Assembly: GCA_032128875.1 (NCBI GenBank)
Contig: JAVLKG010000005.1
Location: 384,001 to 448,000 of the forward strand
Origin: Candidatus Melainabacteria bacterium 17Bon1m
GTDB taxonomy: Bacteria; Cyanobacteriota; Vampirovibrionia; Obscuribacterales; Obscuribacteraceae
Direction: 5' to 3'
DNA: 64,000 nucleotides
The notes under the pieces were generated by a model, which was not told the DNA's origin, ran no database searches, and saw only the letters and a list, made by a program, of their open reading frames with translations. The stretch's first letter is position 1, and each line of letters opens with the position of its first letter. Below are positions 17,789-27,938 of this stretch, one piece after another. Position numbers and translations under genes: made by a program.

Positions 17789-20700
17789 ACTTCCTTTGCG
17801 GGCGGCTCTTTGCGCCGTTGTGTAGATTCGACCTTGCTTGAAGTACCAATCTGACCGGGTCTGGTGGCTCTAGGTTGGAATTTTATGTATAAAACAGGTA
17901 AGACGTAAAGGGTGAGAAGAGTACAAGATACCAAACCGCCAATTATGACTATAGCGAATGGTTTTTGAGTCTGCGATCCGATTTCATTGGAAAGAGCTGC
18001 CGGCAAGAGCCCTGCTGCGGCAATTACAGCGGTCATCAATACGGGTCTCAAACGGATCAGAGCGCCTTTATAAACAGCTTCTTCAATGGGCAGACCCTCC
18101 TGCCTCAGTTCGTTAACGAATGACACAAGCAGAATGCCGTTTTTCACCGCTAATCCGAACAAGGCAATGAAGCCGACACCGGCAGAAATTGAGAAGTATG
18201 TTCCGGTCAAGTACATAGCCAAAATCGCGCCGATTGCTGCTAGAGGCACGACCGAGAACATCACCATCGCGCCACGGAAGGTTCCGCAAGACAAGTAGAG
18301 AATAGTTATGATGACGACGAGTGTGACGGGGACAACAATCGCCAACTGGTGCGAAGCTTCTTTCTGTCTTTGAAATTCGCCGCTCCACGAAACCCTGTAG
18401 CCCGGCGGAAAACTTACTTCCTTATTCACTCTTTGCTGCGCATCTTCCACTGCTGTTGCGAGATCTCGTCCGCGTACGTTGGCACGAATTGTAGCTAAGC
18501 GCGAACCCTGCTCTCGCCAGATTTGAGTCGCGCCGGAGATCTCCTTCAAGCTGGCAAATTGCGAAAGGGGTACCTTTTGACCATTGGGAGTATCTACGAA
18601 AATATTGCCTAGCGATTCTTCGGTAGAGCGATCCTCCTTCGCTAACCTGACCATGAGGTCAAACTTTCGCTCACCCTCAATTACCTTAGTAGCTGATGCG
18701 CCTGCGATGGCTATTTCAACCAATCTCTTCAAATCATCGACGTTCAATTGATAGCGCGCCGCTGCATCGCGATCGATTTCGATAGCGAACTGGGGCTGCC
18801 CTACGAGCGGGTCTACGATAACGTCGACGATGCCCGGCGTCCTATCCATGACGCCGCCTACTTTGTGGCCAAGCCCTTCCAGCATGTACAAGTCGGGTCC
18901 TGAAATCTTTGCAACAAGTGACCCCTGGACTCCGGAGAGCGCTTCGTCGACGGTAGTTTGAATGTATTGCGTGAAGTAATAACCGACGCCAGGTATCTCT
19001 TCGAGCTCCTTTTTCATGCTGGCAATCAGCTCGTCTTTCTTCTCGTGGAATTCTGGACGCCACTCTTTAGCGGGTTTCAGTCCAATGTAATATTCTTGGT
19101 CTGCGAACTTTGCCGGGTCTGTTCCGTCATCAGGACCGCCAGCTTGTGACAAAACCTGGGTCACTTCAGGGTATTTGAGTACGCGCTCGCGAATTTTTCT
19201 TGCCACCTTGACCGATTCGTCCAATGTGACAGAGCCAGGCTTTACGGTTGCTCGCAGCCAGATGTTGCCCTCTTCGAGGTGAGGCAAGAATTCGCTTCCC
19301 AAGTTGACAAACAGCAGGGCTGACCCTAAAAACGCTACGGTTGCAATGAAGATGACAAGCCCTTTGACCTTTAGCGCCCATTTTAGGGTCGGTTTATATA
19401 TCAGCAAGGAAAGGCTGATAAGCGGACTTGTGCGTTCTGTGACCGGTTTCTTGGTCAGTATAAGTGAGCAAAGAACTGGAACCAAAGTAAGTGCGACCAG
19501 CCCCGCGCCAATCAATGCACAGACCATTGTGGTAGCTAGCGGGCGAAACAGCTTGCCCTCGACGCCTTGAAAAGTGAAAATCGGCAGGAATGTTGCGACG
19601 ATGACTGCGATACCAAAAAGGATAGGTGCGCCTACTTCTCGGGCGGATTCGTTCAGAAGCATCAGCCGGTGATTTACAGATAAATCACGCCCTTCTTCCG
19701 ATAGTCTGCGGATAATGTTTTCCACCATGACCACAGAGCTGTCGACCAAGATGCCGAAGTCGATGGCACCAAGGCTGAGCAAGTTTGCCGGCACGCCAAA
19801 GAGATTCAAACATATGAAGGCGACCAGCATGGCCAGTGGAATTGGGATAGCTGTAATAATCGCTGCCGGGATATCCAGAAGGAAAAGGCAGAGCAGGACG
19901 ACAACCAGACCTATGCCAAATTGGATATTGGTGCTAATGGTTTTGATCGTTTGATTAATCAGGTCCATCCGGTCATAGAGGACTTCCATGTTGACGCCTG
20001 GTGGAAGCCGTTTCACTATTTCCGGCAGGCGTTCGTAAACTCTTTCCAATACTTGCGATGGGTTTTCTCCTCGTCGCAGAAGAATAATTCCTTCGACGAC
20101 GTCGTCTTCATGCCCTTTTCCAACCTGACCGCGTCGGACCAGCGAGCCGATTTTGACCTCTGCGACGTCTCTGATTCGAATCGGCGTTCCCTTTTTGTCC
20201 GCACTCACAACTACCGATTCAATATCACCGATATCTTCGAGCAGTCCGAGTTCTCGCACGATCAGAGCCGTCCCGCTCTTTTCTATAAAGCCACCACCCG
20301 AGGTGGCGTTTGCTTTGGTCAGGCTGTCGAAAACTTGTTGCAGCGTGATGCCATAAGACTTAAGGGCGTACTGATTGACGTTGACTTCATAGGCCTTTGT
20401 AGGTCCGCCTTCACTGATGACTCCAATGACTCCCGGGATTTGACGGAAAAGTTTTTCCATCTCCCACTGTTGCATCGAGCGCAAGCCCATAGCTGAGTAA
20501 TAGGGGCTGTGTAAGCAATAACGAAAAATTTCCCTGAGTGATCCGACGTCAGGTTCCAAATGTGGGTGGCAATCTGACGGAATATCCGCCTGCTCCAGTC
20601 GTTCCAGCACTTGCTGGCGGGCCAATGTGGTTGGAGTTGCTTCCGTAAAGGTTGTGGTTACAACCGATAATCCGTAGAGCGATAAGGAGCGCAAGCTTGT

Positions 20701-20946
20701 CTGTCCCGGGATGCCGTTCAGCTCTTTTTCCAGCGGAACGGTAACAATGCGCTCCATTTCTTCAGCGCCCTTGCCCGGATAGAGTGTAATTACCCGAACC
20801 TGAGGGTTGGTCAGTTCAGGATAAGCTTCCAGAGGCAGCATCTTTACTGCCACAAGTCCGGCGATTATGACGAGAATTGTCGCGACAAGCGTCAGGTAAC
20901 GCCCCTTAAGGGCGCTGTTGATTAGTTTGTCGATCCAGGAATTCAT
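17785..20946 (-). CDS. CusA/CzcA-family RND permease (CzcA-type)
   Basis: 1053 aa; TM4 ANLLSLGAIDFGILVDSSVVMVENI (CzcA-type DFG..VD......E); EGKLFRPLA; RLRPVLMTA; GPDDGTDP loop. Confidence 0.95.
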   Translation of the reverse strand: MNSWIDKLINSALKGRYLTLVATILVIIAGLVAVKMLPLEAYPELTNPQVRVITLYPGKGAEEMERIVTVPLEKELNGIPGQTSLRSLSLYGLSVVTTTFTEATPTTLARQQVLERLEQADIPSDCHPHLEPDVGSLREIFRYCLHSPYYSAMGLRSMQQWEMEKLFRQIPGVIGVISEGGPTKAYEVNVNQYALKSYGITLQQVFDSLTKANATSGGGFIEKSGTALIVRELGLLEDIGDIESVVVSADKKGTPIRIRDVAEVKIGSLVRRGQVGKGHEDDVVEGIILLRRGENPSQVLERVYERLPEIVKRLPPGVNMEVLYDRMDLINQTIKTISTNIQFGIGLVVVLLCLFLLDIPAAIITAIPIPLAMLVAFICLNLFGVPANLLSLGAIDFGILVDSSVVMVENIIRRLSEEGRDLSVNHRLMLLNESAREVGAPILFGIAVIVATFLPIFTFQGVEGKLFRPLATTMVCALIGAGLVALTLVPVLCSLILTKKPVTERTSPLISLSLLIYKPTLKWALKVKGLVIFIATVAFLGSALLFVNLGSEFLPHLEEGNIWLRATVKPGSVTLDESVKVARKIRERVLKYPEVTQVLSQAGGPDDGTDPAKFADQEYYIGLKPAKEWRPEFHEKKDELIASMKKELEEIPGVGYYFTQYIQTTVDEALSGVQGSLVAKISGPDLYMLEGLGHKVGGVMDRTPGIVDVIVDPLVGQPQFAIEIDRDAAARYQLNVDDLKRLVEIAIAGASATKVIEGERKFDLMVRLAKEDRSTEESLGNIFVDTPNGQKVPLSQFASLKEISGATQIWREQGSRLATIRANVRGRDLATAVEDAQQRVNKEVSFPPGYRVSWSGEFQRQKEASHQLAIVVPVTLVVIITILYLSCGTFRGAMVMFSVVPLAAIGAILAMYLTGTYFSISAGVGFIALFGLAVKNGILLVSFVNELRQEGLPIEEAVYKGALIRLRPVLMTAVIAAAGLLPAALSNEIGSQTQKPFAIVIIGGLVSCTLLTLYVLPVLYIKFQPRATRPGQIGTSSKVESTQRRKEPPAKEV

Positions 20947-21009
20947 CCGGATATGTCGCGCTCGGAAATGTCTCTCTAAATAGTAGCGAGTCTTCTATAT
21001 AAAACGCAT

Positions 21010-21029
21010 TGATAATCTCTTGATTGTCA
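21010..21029. promoter_or_regulatory. Possible operator palindrome in the divergent czcA / DUF6929 promoter
   Basis: TGATAATC-TCTT-GATTGTCA (7 of 8 inverted-repeat match). Confidence 0.4.
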
Positions 21030-21086
21030 TTAGACGTTAAAAGTGTAAGAATCCCCTCTCGCCTGTTTTTGTGAGTGCATTGCTTG

Positions 21087-22010
21087 ATGCTGGAAGTCAA
21101 GAAGATTCGTGATTTGATGATGAATAAAGGCGATCTGGGTGTCGCTTATGTTTCTGCCGCCAGTGGCATTGCCATAGTAGGCAAGTATGCCTATGTCGTT
21201 GCCGATGACCAGATGTGTCTTGCTTGTTTCGATTTTGACGCCGGCACACCTGGCGACTGGATAAGGCTTTTCAGCGGCGAATTGCCCCATGAGCACATGG
21301 CGCGCAAGGCAAAGAAGCCCGATCTCGAGGCGATTTGTGTTTTGCCGCCAAGCAAGTATGCTCAGCAAGGCGCACTGCTGGTGGTGCCTTCAGGATCAAA
21401 GGAATGGCGGAGTAAAGGTTGTCTTTTGCCGGTTGATGCGAATGGTAAGATCGCCGGAGAGCTTTTGCCACTGAGCTTTTCTGGACTTTTCAGTTTTTTG
21501 GGAACTAAAGTAAGAAAACTCAATATTGAAGGCGTTGCGGTTTTGGGCGAAAAACTATTATTAGCCAATCGAGGCAATTCGAAAAATGGCGACAATGCTG
21601 TCATTGTCTTGAGTCTAAACGACTTTTTGTATCAGGCTTATGACACCCATGAGATTAATAGTCAGTCGTTTTTGGCTGTCCACCATAAAGAATTAGGCAA
21701 GGTAAACGGTGTTGCGCTTTCTTTTACAGATCTTTGCGTCTTTCCTGGTGATCGCATCATTTATTGCGCTGCAGCTGAAGCAACGAATGACGACTATGTA
21801 GATGGCGCATGTGCCGGTTCGGCAATTGCCATTGGTGACGGAACGTTTCAAGATTTGCAGATGCAGATTTTGAATACCCGCCTTAAGGTCGAGGGTGTGT
21901 ACGCTCGTTCTGTCCACAATCAGCCGGGTCTTGCGGAATTAATTCTTGTAACGGATGGTGACGCAGATTCCTCGATAGGCGGAATGCTTTCTACTTTCGT
22001 TACTTTATAA
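21087..22010 (+). CDS. Conserved hypothetical beta-propeller-like protein (DUF6929-like)
   Basis: Motifs SAASG, VVADD, KPDLEA, SGS, LNIEG, NRGN, LSFTD, AAEAT..Y.DG, KVEG, LVTD.D; family name recalled, not searched. Confidence 0.6.
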   Translation: MLEVKKIRDLMMNKGDLGVAYVSAASGIAIVGKYAYVVADDQMCLACFDFDAGTPGDWIRLFSGELPHEHMARKAKKPDLEAICVLPPSKYAQQGALLVVPSGSKEWRSKGCLLPVDANGKIAGELLPLSFSGLFSFLGTKVRKLNIEGVAVLGEKLLLANRGNSKNGDNAVIVLSLNDFLYQAYDTHEINSQSFLAVHHKELGKVNGVALSFTDLCVFPGDRIIYCAAAEATNDDYVDGACAGSAIAIGDGTFQDLQMQILNTRLKVEGVYARSVHNQPGLAELILVTDGDADSSIGGMLSTFVTL

Positions 22011-22119
22011 ATCGTGAAATATGGCTTGGTGACGGGCGCTAGGCATAACGTTGTCGGTTAGACTGTGCTGGCTTGAGTTATGCACTTAAGTTCATGTGCC
22101 ACGCCCTGGGAGGCTTTTA

Positions 22120-23448
22120 ATGGTCGCGACCACGCCGGTTAGAGCAAATGCAAAACTACTGCGCATTATTCGTCTGCGCGTTACAGACAAGCCGGGCTTC
22201 CTCGGCAAGATTGCCACGCTTCTGGGTGAGCTGGACGCGAATATCGGTGAAATCACTATCGTTACCCAGGGGCACGACTTCATCATCCGCGAATTCAGTT
22301 TGCAAATCGATGATGACACCCATCTACAATGCATCCTCGAAGGACTTAAGGTTCTCGAAGGTGTGCAGGTAGAAGCCGTTATCGATCCGGTGCAACATAT
22401 ACACGAGGGCGGCAAGATTGAGATGCGTAGCCGTGTAAAGCTCGACAGCGTCGGCGAGATGCACAAAATTTATACGCCGGGCGTCGCGCAAATTTGCAAG
22501 CTGATCGAGAAAGAACCGCAGGCAAGCAAGCTTTACACCTCTATTTCGAATACTGTCGCAGTCGTGACAAATGGAACCGCCATCCTTGGACTGGGTAACA
22601 TCGGAGCCGTTGCCGGCATGCCGGTGATGGAAGGAAAGTCTGTGCTGTACCAACAGCTGGTCGGCATCAGTGCGGTGCCTATACTTTTGAATTCCACAGA
22701 TATTGATGTAATCGTAAATACGGTCGCAGAAATTGCTCCGACTTTCGCAGCGATTCACTTAGAAGATATTGCAGCTCCCGAATGTTTTGCCATAGAAGAG
22801 CAATTGCAAAAACGTCTGAACATCCCTGTTCTGCACGATGACCAGCATGCTACCGCCGTCGTCGTACTCGGCGCATTAATGACAGTTACTCAAAGGACAG
22901 GCATCGATTTGGGCACTGCAAAAGTAGGCATCATCGGGCTCGGTGCTGCCGGTTTTGGCATCGCTAGTTTGCTGAAAGCCTTTGGTGTCCGTGAAATTTT
23001 GGGTACCGACCTTAAGAAAGAAGCGATGGAGAGGCTCAAGAAAGCCGGCGGAAAACCGGTTGACCTCAGTGCTCTGATGGACGATTCAGATGTGGTCGTT
23101 GCCACGACGGGCGTTCCTGGCTTAATCAAACCTGAGATGGTGAAGAAAGGGCAGGTGATTTTGGCGCTTTCAAATCCTGATCCCGAAATCGATCCTGAGC
23201 TTGCCATCAAATGTGGTGCCGAGTTTGCAGCCGATGGAAGAACGATTAATAATGCACTCGCCTTCCCTGGCTTGTTCCGCGGTGCTCTAAAAATTGGCGC
23301 AACTCACTTTACTGATGCGATGAAGATTGCCGCTGCGCATGCCATCGCAGGACAGACAAAAATGGATTCGCTCGTGCCTAGTATCTTGGATAAAGATACT
23401 CACCAGGCGGTTGCAGAAGCGGTTATGCAGGCGTGGTTGGACGGCTAG
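22120..23448 (+). CDS. NAD(P)-dependent malic enzyme with N-terminal ACT domain
   Basis: ACT (DKPGFLGKIATLLG); YTPGVA, VTNGTAILGLGNIG, PVMEGK, HLEDIAAPECF, HDDQH, GLGAAG, ALSNPDPEI, NNALAFPG; GGAGG before ATG 22120. Confidence 0.93.
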   Translation: MVATTPVRANAKLLRIIRLRVTDKPGFLGKIATLLGELDANIGEITIVTQGHDFIIREFSLQIDDDTHLQCILEGLKVLEGVQVEAVIDPVQHIHEGGKIEMRSRVKLDSVGEMHKIYTPGVAQICKLIEKEPQASKLYTSISNTVAVVTNGTAILGLGNIGAVAGMPVMEGKSVLYQQLVGISAVPILLNSTDIDVIVNTVAEIAPTFAAIHLEDIAAPECFAIEEQLQKRLNIPVLHDDQHATAVVVLGALMTVTQRTGIDLGTAKVGIIGLGAAGFGIASLLKAFGVREILGTDLKKEAMERLKKAGGKPVDLSALMDDSDVVVATTGVPGLIKPEMVKKGQVILALSNPDPEIDPELAIKCGAEFAADGRTINNALAFPGLFRGALKIGATHFTDAMKIAAAHAIAGQTKMDSLVPSILDKDTHQAVAEAVMQAWLDG

Positions 23449-24686
23449 CTCGGCGCGAAAACGATTCTTAGCAGTTGAAGAAAGAATAGAATCGACACGG
23501 CAGTCACAATGATCGCAATGATTGATTGTACGAACCATGCGGGCAATTTCTGTGGTTCGTCCGTTTTTTCTAATTTGTTCTCAGGCATTGCTGCGGGCAT
23601 TGCCTCTTCTGCGATCTCTGCCGGTGCAGCTTTAGTTTCACTCGGCGCTCTGGTTTTGATTGGCTCTTCTTTTGTTTTCAGAGCTCTCAACTTTGTCCCG
23701 AGTACATCTCGCATTTCGGTTGCGTTTTCAAATCTCTCTTCGGGATTTTTTGCCAGCCCGCGCATTATCAACGCTTCCAGGTTAGCTCCTTCAATGCCGC
23801 TTAGATTGAGCGGAGCCGGGGCGGATGAGCGATGCATGCTCATCGTTTGTACTGGCGTTTCGCCATGAAAAGGTGGTCTGCCACTTAGACATTCGTACAT
23901 CGTGCAGCATGAAGAATAAACGTCGGAGCGTGCATCCGTAGGTTTTCCTTCGCACTGCTCAGGGCTCATGTAGAGTGGGCTTCCAAACACCATTCCTTTC
24001 GCGGTAAGTCGTTGAATTTCTTCTGCGGTTGCAATGCGCTGGGCAATTCCAAAGTCGACTAACTTGATCTGTTCGGTGCCGTCTGCGCCTTTCGTCACGA
24101 TTATATTGCTAGGCTTGATGTCTCTGTGAATAATGCCGAGTTGGTGCGCGACCGACAATGCACTCGATAATTGAATGAATATTGACTTTGTTCTTTCTAT
24201 CGTCAGTGTATGTTCTGAGCCGATGATGTCTGCCAGGCTCTGACCTTCGACATATTCCATTACGTAATACGGGCAACCGTTGTCCGTTATTCCGATGTCG
24301 GAAACCGCAATTAGGTTAGGGTGCTTGAGCGCAGCCACCGAGCCGATTTCGCGCATGAATCGGTAGACGCTTTCTTTCTTCTCGGCAAGAACCTTGGAAA
24401 GAACCTTAATAGCGACCGGCTGGTTGGTCTTTTCGTTTTTGCCTTTATAAACTTCGCCCATGCCGCCTTTGGCGATGAGCGAAACTATGCGATAGCGTCC
24501 ATACAGCAATTCGCCGACAAATGCTTTGCCTGATTTTGCGGGCAAATAGGCAACATCGTCATCATCTTCTAATTCTGGATGACCGGGATTCTGTATTTCG
24601 GAAGTTTCGCCTTGATCAGAAACCGCCTGCGGCTCGATCGAGTTCGTCAGGTCAGTTACAGGCTCGTCACCGTGATTTTCAGTCAT
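23445..24686 (-). CDS. Hanks-type Ser/Thr protein kinase with C-terminal TM anchor
   Basis: IAKGGMGEVY, VAIKVL, HRDIKPSNI, DFGIA, GSPLYMSPEQ, SDVYS; terminal hydrophobic helix. Start is ATG 24686 or TTG 24698. Confidence 0.93.
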   Translation of the reverse strand: MTENHGDEPVTDLTNSIEPQAVSDQGETSEIQNPGHPELEDDDDVAYLPAKSGKAFVGELLYGRYRIVSLIAKGGMGEVYKGKNEKTNQPVAIKVLSKVLAEKKESVYRFMREIGSVAALKHPNLIAVSDIGITDNGCPYYVMEYVEGQSLADIIGSEHTLTIERTKSIFIQLSSALSVAHQLGIIHRDIKPSNIIVTKGADGTEQIKLVDFGIAQRIATAEEIQRLTAKGMVFGSPLYMSPEQCEGKPTDARSDVYSSCCTMYECLSGRPPFHGETPVQTMSMHRSSAPAPLNLSGIEGANLEALIMRGLAKNPEERFENATEMRDVLGTKLRALKTKEEPIKTRAPSETKAAPAEIAEEAMPAAMPENKLEKTDEPQKLPAWFVQSIIAIIVTAVSILFFLQLLRIVFAPS

Positions 24687-24727
24687 TGAGGATAACAATA
24701 TCGCCTGAAATGAGTTACGGATACTCT

Positions 24728-25024
24728 TTAACTAAAGAGCGGCGCGTTCGGATTGCAAGCGAATAGATAGTTGAAAATCGGTGTGAGGGCGATGGCGAAA
24801 ACCATCAACAAGATTCCAATCACCATTTTTTTTGAAATTCTCGAAGCCGATTTGTCGCTGAAAGATTTCGCTAAGAGCACAGCGCCGGCAACAAATAGAA
24901 CTGCTGAAGTACCTAGCAGGCAATAGTCGAGTCCGCTGAGCTTGGCGTCACGCACTGTTCCGGCGGTCTGAGCAATCAATTTAATTGCCTCAGTATCCGC
25001 GCAGGTGGAGCTTTTGTTGCTCAT
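24728..25024 (-). CDS. Small two-TM membrane protein
   Basis: Two hydrophobic helices; sits between rmlC and the kinase with 10 and 29-41 nt gaps. Confidence 0.65.
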   Translation of the reverse strand: MSNKSSTCADTEAIKLIAQTAGTVRDAKLSGLDYCLLGTSAVLFVAGAVLLAKSFSDKSASRISKKMVIGILLMVFAIALTPIFNYLFACNPNAPLFS

Positions 25025-25034
25025 GAATCAGGCT

Positions 25035-25613
25035 CTAGCCTTTTTTGATTTCCCAGAAATCACTGCCGAGGGCGTCCCACGGAAGTCTGTGTTCATCCGG
25101 TTCGTCGGGATTGAAGCATTGATTGACGAAATAAATCATGCTCGCTGGCTTTTGCCAAACATTAGCCAAGCCGTGAGCGACTCCGCGCGGAATATAGAGA
25201 GCTTGAGCGCGACCGGCGCCGAGAACAAAGCGCATTGTCTTGTTGTATGTCGGCGAATCTTTGCGGGCATCGAACAAGCCAACGAGTACTCTGTCCGTCG
25301 GAATGACGAACCAGACGTCTTCCTGGTTGTAATGGAGGTGGAAAGCTTTGATCGTTCCCGGAAGCATTTGCGAGAACGTGCTTTGCTTGACTTTGAAATT
25401 CGGCAAGATTTGCAGATTGCCGCTGTCATCCAAGCGGACGATTTCGGCGAGTTGACCGCCGTCGTCGACGAACATATTCAAATTGATGAGCTGCACACCA
25501 TCAATCGGTGTTTTCTTCGTGTAGTCCTGTACGGACAGATCTGACACGTAGTCTTTGCCAATGGCGTCTTTTGTTAGCGGTTTGAGCATGTCGTTGGATG
25601 AGATCGTATTCAT
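25035..25613 (-). CDS. rmlC: dTDP-4-dehydrorhamnose 3,5-epimerase family (cupin)
   Basis: PGTIKAFHLH, GLFDARKDSPTY, LYIPRGVAHG; last of the rml genes. Start uncertain. Confidence 0.85.
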   Translation of the reverse strand: MNTISSNDMLKPLTKDAIGKDYVSDLSVQDYTKKTPIDGVQLINLNMFVDDGGQLAEIVRLDDSGNLQILPNFKVKQSTFSQMLPGTIKAFHLHYNQEDVWFVIPTDRVLVGLFDARKDSPTYNKTMRFVLGAGRAQALYIPRGVAHGLANVWQKPASMIYFVNQCFNPDEPDEHRLPWDALGSDFWEIKKG

Positions 25614-25798
25614 GTGTATTGCGGTTAGCTGGTCTGCACCTTGCTTCTGCAAGATGCCCACGGTTGGTCTTATAAACCACCGCTGCATAGAATAGCATGT
25701 AGAGCCGAGAAGCTCCAATGGCGCGGGTTAATCGGCAAATCGGTGTTTACAAGCTGTTGGCTGCACGAGTCTTGCGCTGGAAAGCTCAAATATTGCTG

Positions 25799-26644
25799 CT
25801 ATACGGGCTGTTTCTTCAGATCTAAATAAGCCCGCAAAGATTCTTTCCACGGCTGCAGCTCGCGACCAATAGTGTTGACCGTAGTTGTTTTGTCCAAAAC
25901 CGAATATTTAGGCCGAGTGGCTGGGCGCGGCATGTCCTTTGTTTCAATAGGAATGACCTTCACCGGCAGACCCGCGACAATTTCTTTGGCGAACTCGTAC
26001 CAGCTTGTCACTCCGTCATCGCAGACATGATAAATGCCCCAACGTTCGGTAACGATCAAATCGGCGATAGTTTCCGAGAGGCTGAGCGTACAGGTGGGTG
26101 TGCCGATTTGGTCGCTGACAACGCGCAAGGTATCTTTTTCTTGGGCCATTGAATGGATCGTATCGACAAAGTTGCGTCCATTAGGACCATACAGCCAGCT
26201 CGTACGCACGATGTAGAAGCGAGTCAGGTGACGCTGTACTGCCTTCTCGCCGGCCAATTTCGATTTGCCGTAGACAGAAAGCGGTCTGGTTCTGTCCCAG
26301 GTCGTGTAGGGAGTGTTTTGCTCGCCATCGAAAACGTAATCGGAACTGACATACAGCATTGGGATATTGTGCTTGGCGCAGGCGACGGCAATGTTTTCCG
26401 TGCCGTATCCATTGATTAAATAAGCCAGCCCGGGCTCGGATTCAGCCTGGTCGACTTTTGTATAAGCCGCACAGTGAACGACCAGGTCAGGCTTTTCGGT
26501 GCCGATCGTATCGAGAACTTGGGTGTAGTGGGTGACGTCCAGTTTTTCTTTTGGCAGGTCAATAACCTGGTGATCTCTTGCTTCGAGGCAAGGCACGAGC
26601 GCTTGCCCGAGCATGCCACCGGCGCCGGTGACCATCAGTTTCAT
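25799..26644 (-). CDS. rmlD: dTDP-4-dehydrorhamnose reductase
   Basis: TGAGGMLG, AAYTKVDQAESE, SSDYVFDG, YGKSKLAGE, RTSWLY, DQIGTPT, RPATRPKYSVL. Confidence 0.95.
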   Translation of the reverse strand: MKLMVTGAGGMLGQALVPCLEARDHQVIDLPKEKLDVTHYTQVLDTIGTEKPDLVVHCAAYTKVDQAESEPGLAYLINGYGTENIAVACAKHNIPMLYVSSDYVFDGEQNTPYTTWDRTRPLSVYGKSKLAGEKAVQRHLTRFYIVRTSWLYGPNGRNFVDTIHSMAQEKDTLRVVSDQIGTPTCTLSLSETIADLIVTERWGIYHVCDDGVTSWYEFAKEIVAGLPVKVIPIETKDMPRPATRPKYSVLDKTTTVNTIGRELQPWKESLRAYLDLKKQPV

Positions 26645-26674
26645 AATTTCTATCTAGCTCCGTATTGCGTGAGT

Positions 26675-27787
26675 TTAGCCAATCACATTTACTGGATTTG
26701 CTGGTTGAGCGACCGGTACTGCCACTGCAGGTGGTGTGGCGTCGAATGCTGCCTGCTTGGACTGCTTGGTGACAGCTTGCATCCAGGCTTGGTTATCCAG
26801 ATACCATTGGATGGTCGAGTGAATACCCGTCTCAAACGTGTACGTTGGCGCCCAGCCCAATTCTTCTTGCAACTTTGTGGAATCTATTGCATAGCGGCGG
26901 TCGTGTCCGAGTCTGTCGGCAACATACTTGATCGACTCTTCGCCTTTGCCCATCTCTGACAAGATCAGGCGGGTGATTTGCATATTGGTGCGCTCGTTGC
27001 TGCCGCCTACGTTGTAGACTTCGCCGGGCACGCCGCGGTGGAAAGCCAGATCGATCGCTTTGCAGTGATCTTCAACGTGCAGCCAATCTCTTACGTTCAA
27101 TCCGTCGCCGTAAACTGGCACTTGCTTGCCGTTCAGCAACTGCAAGATGAAGTATGGGATCAGTTTTTCGGGGTGTTGATAAGGACCATAGTTGTTCGAG
27201 CAGCGTGTGATTACTGCGGGGAAACCGTAGGTTTCGAAGTAAGCGCGGCAGAGGAGATCTGCGCCGGCTTTGGATGAAGAATAAGGGCTGTTCGGTTGAA
27301 GTGGTGTGGTCTCGGTGAAATAGCCTTCCGGTCCGAGAGTGCCATAAACTTCGTCAGTGGAAACTTGCACGTAGCGGATGGAAAATTCTTTCTTGTTTTC
27401 AGCGGCATCAACTGCGGTGCGTCCATAGCGGAAGGCAGCATCGAGCAGCACTTGAGTGCCCAGCACGTTGGTTTTGACGAAAACTTGCGGATCGCTGATC
27501 GAGCGGTCTACGTGGGTTTCGGCAGCCAGGTTGATAATGCCGTCGATGCGACCGAAACGATTTCCGCTGACGATATCGTCAACAATGGCAGCATCTTCGA
27601 TGCGTCCTTGAACATATTTGTAGCGCGGGTCATCAGCCACGTCGGCGAGGTTTTCAGGGTGACCGGCATAGGTCGCGGCATCGAGATTGATGATGGTGTA
27701 ATTCGGATATGTCTTGAGCAAGTGCCGAACCAGGTTGCTTCCGATGAAGCCCAACCCACCAGTGACAAGCAATTGCATGGCTCGCAT
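26675..27787 (-). CDS. rmlB: dTDP-glucose 4,6-dehydratase
   Basis: TGGLGFIGSN, AAETHVDRSI, VSTDEVYG, PNSPYSSSKA, RCSNNYGPYQHPEKLIP, RDWLHVEDH, GHDRRYAID. Confidence 0.96.
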   Translation of the reverse strand: MRAMQLLVTGGLGFIGSNLVRHLLKTYPNYTIINLDAATYAGHPENLADVADDPRYKYVQGRIEDAAIVDDIVSGNRFGRIDGIINLAAETHVDRSISDPQVFVKTNVLGTQVLLDAAFRYGRTAVDAAENKKEFSIRYVQVSTDEVYGTLGPEGYFTETTPLQPNSPYSSSKAGADLLCRAYFETYGFPAVITRCSNNYGPYQHPEKLIPYFILQLLNGKQVPVYGDGLNVRDWLHVEDHCKAIDLAFHRGVPGEVYNVGGSNERTNMQITRLILSEMGKGEESIKYVADRLGHDRRYAIDSTKLQEELGWAPTYTFETGIHSTIQWYLDNQAWMQAVTKQSKQAAFDATPPAVAVPVAQPANPVNVIG

Positions 27788-27938
27788 GAACGATTTCCCT
27801 CGCTGTGAATGAGATGTTCGGCAGCGCTGACAAAATAGCGCTATTGAAAAGTGAATTGTCGCTTGACAGACGTCATTAGATCAACGTCCATCAAATAATC
27901 TTCGAAGCTGCAGAATGAAAATTGGTTTAGGTTTTGAC

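Noticed and set aside
17785-20946. Copper/silver CusA call or a czcA gene symbol
   Set aside because: TM4 is DFG-type, not the CusA GAMVDA type, and the substrate cannot be assigned, so no symbol is given.
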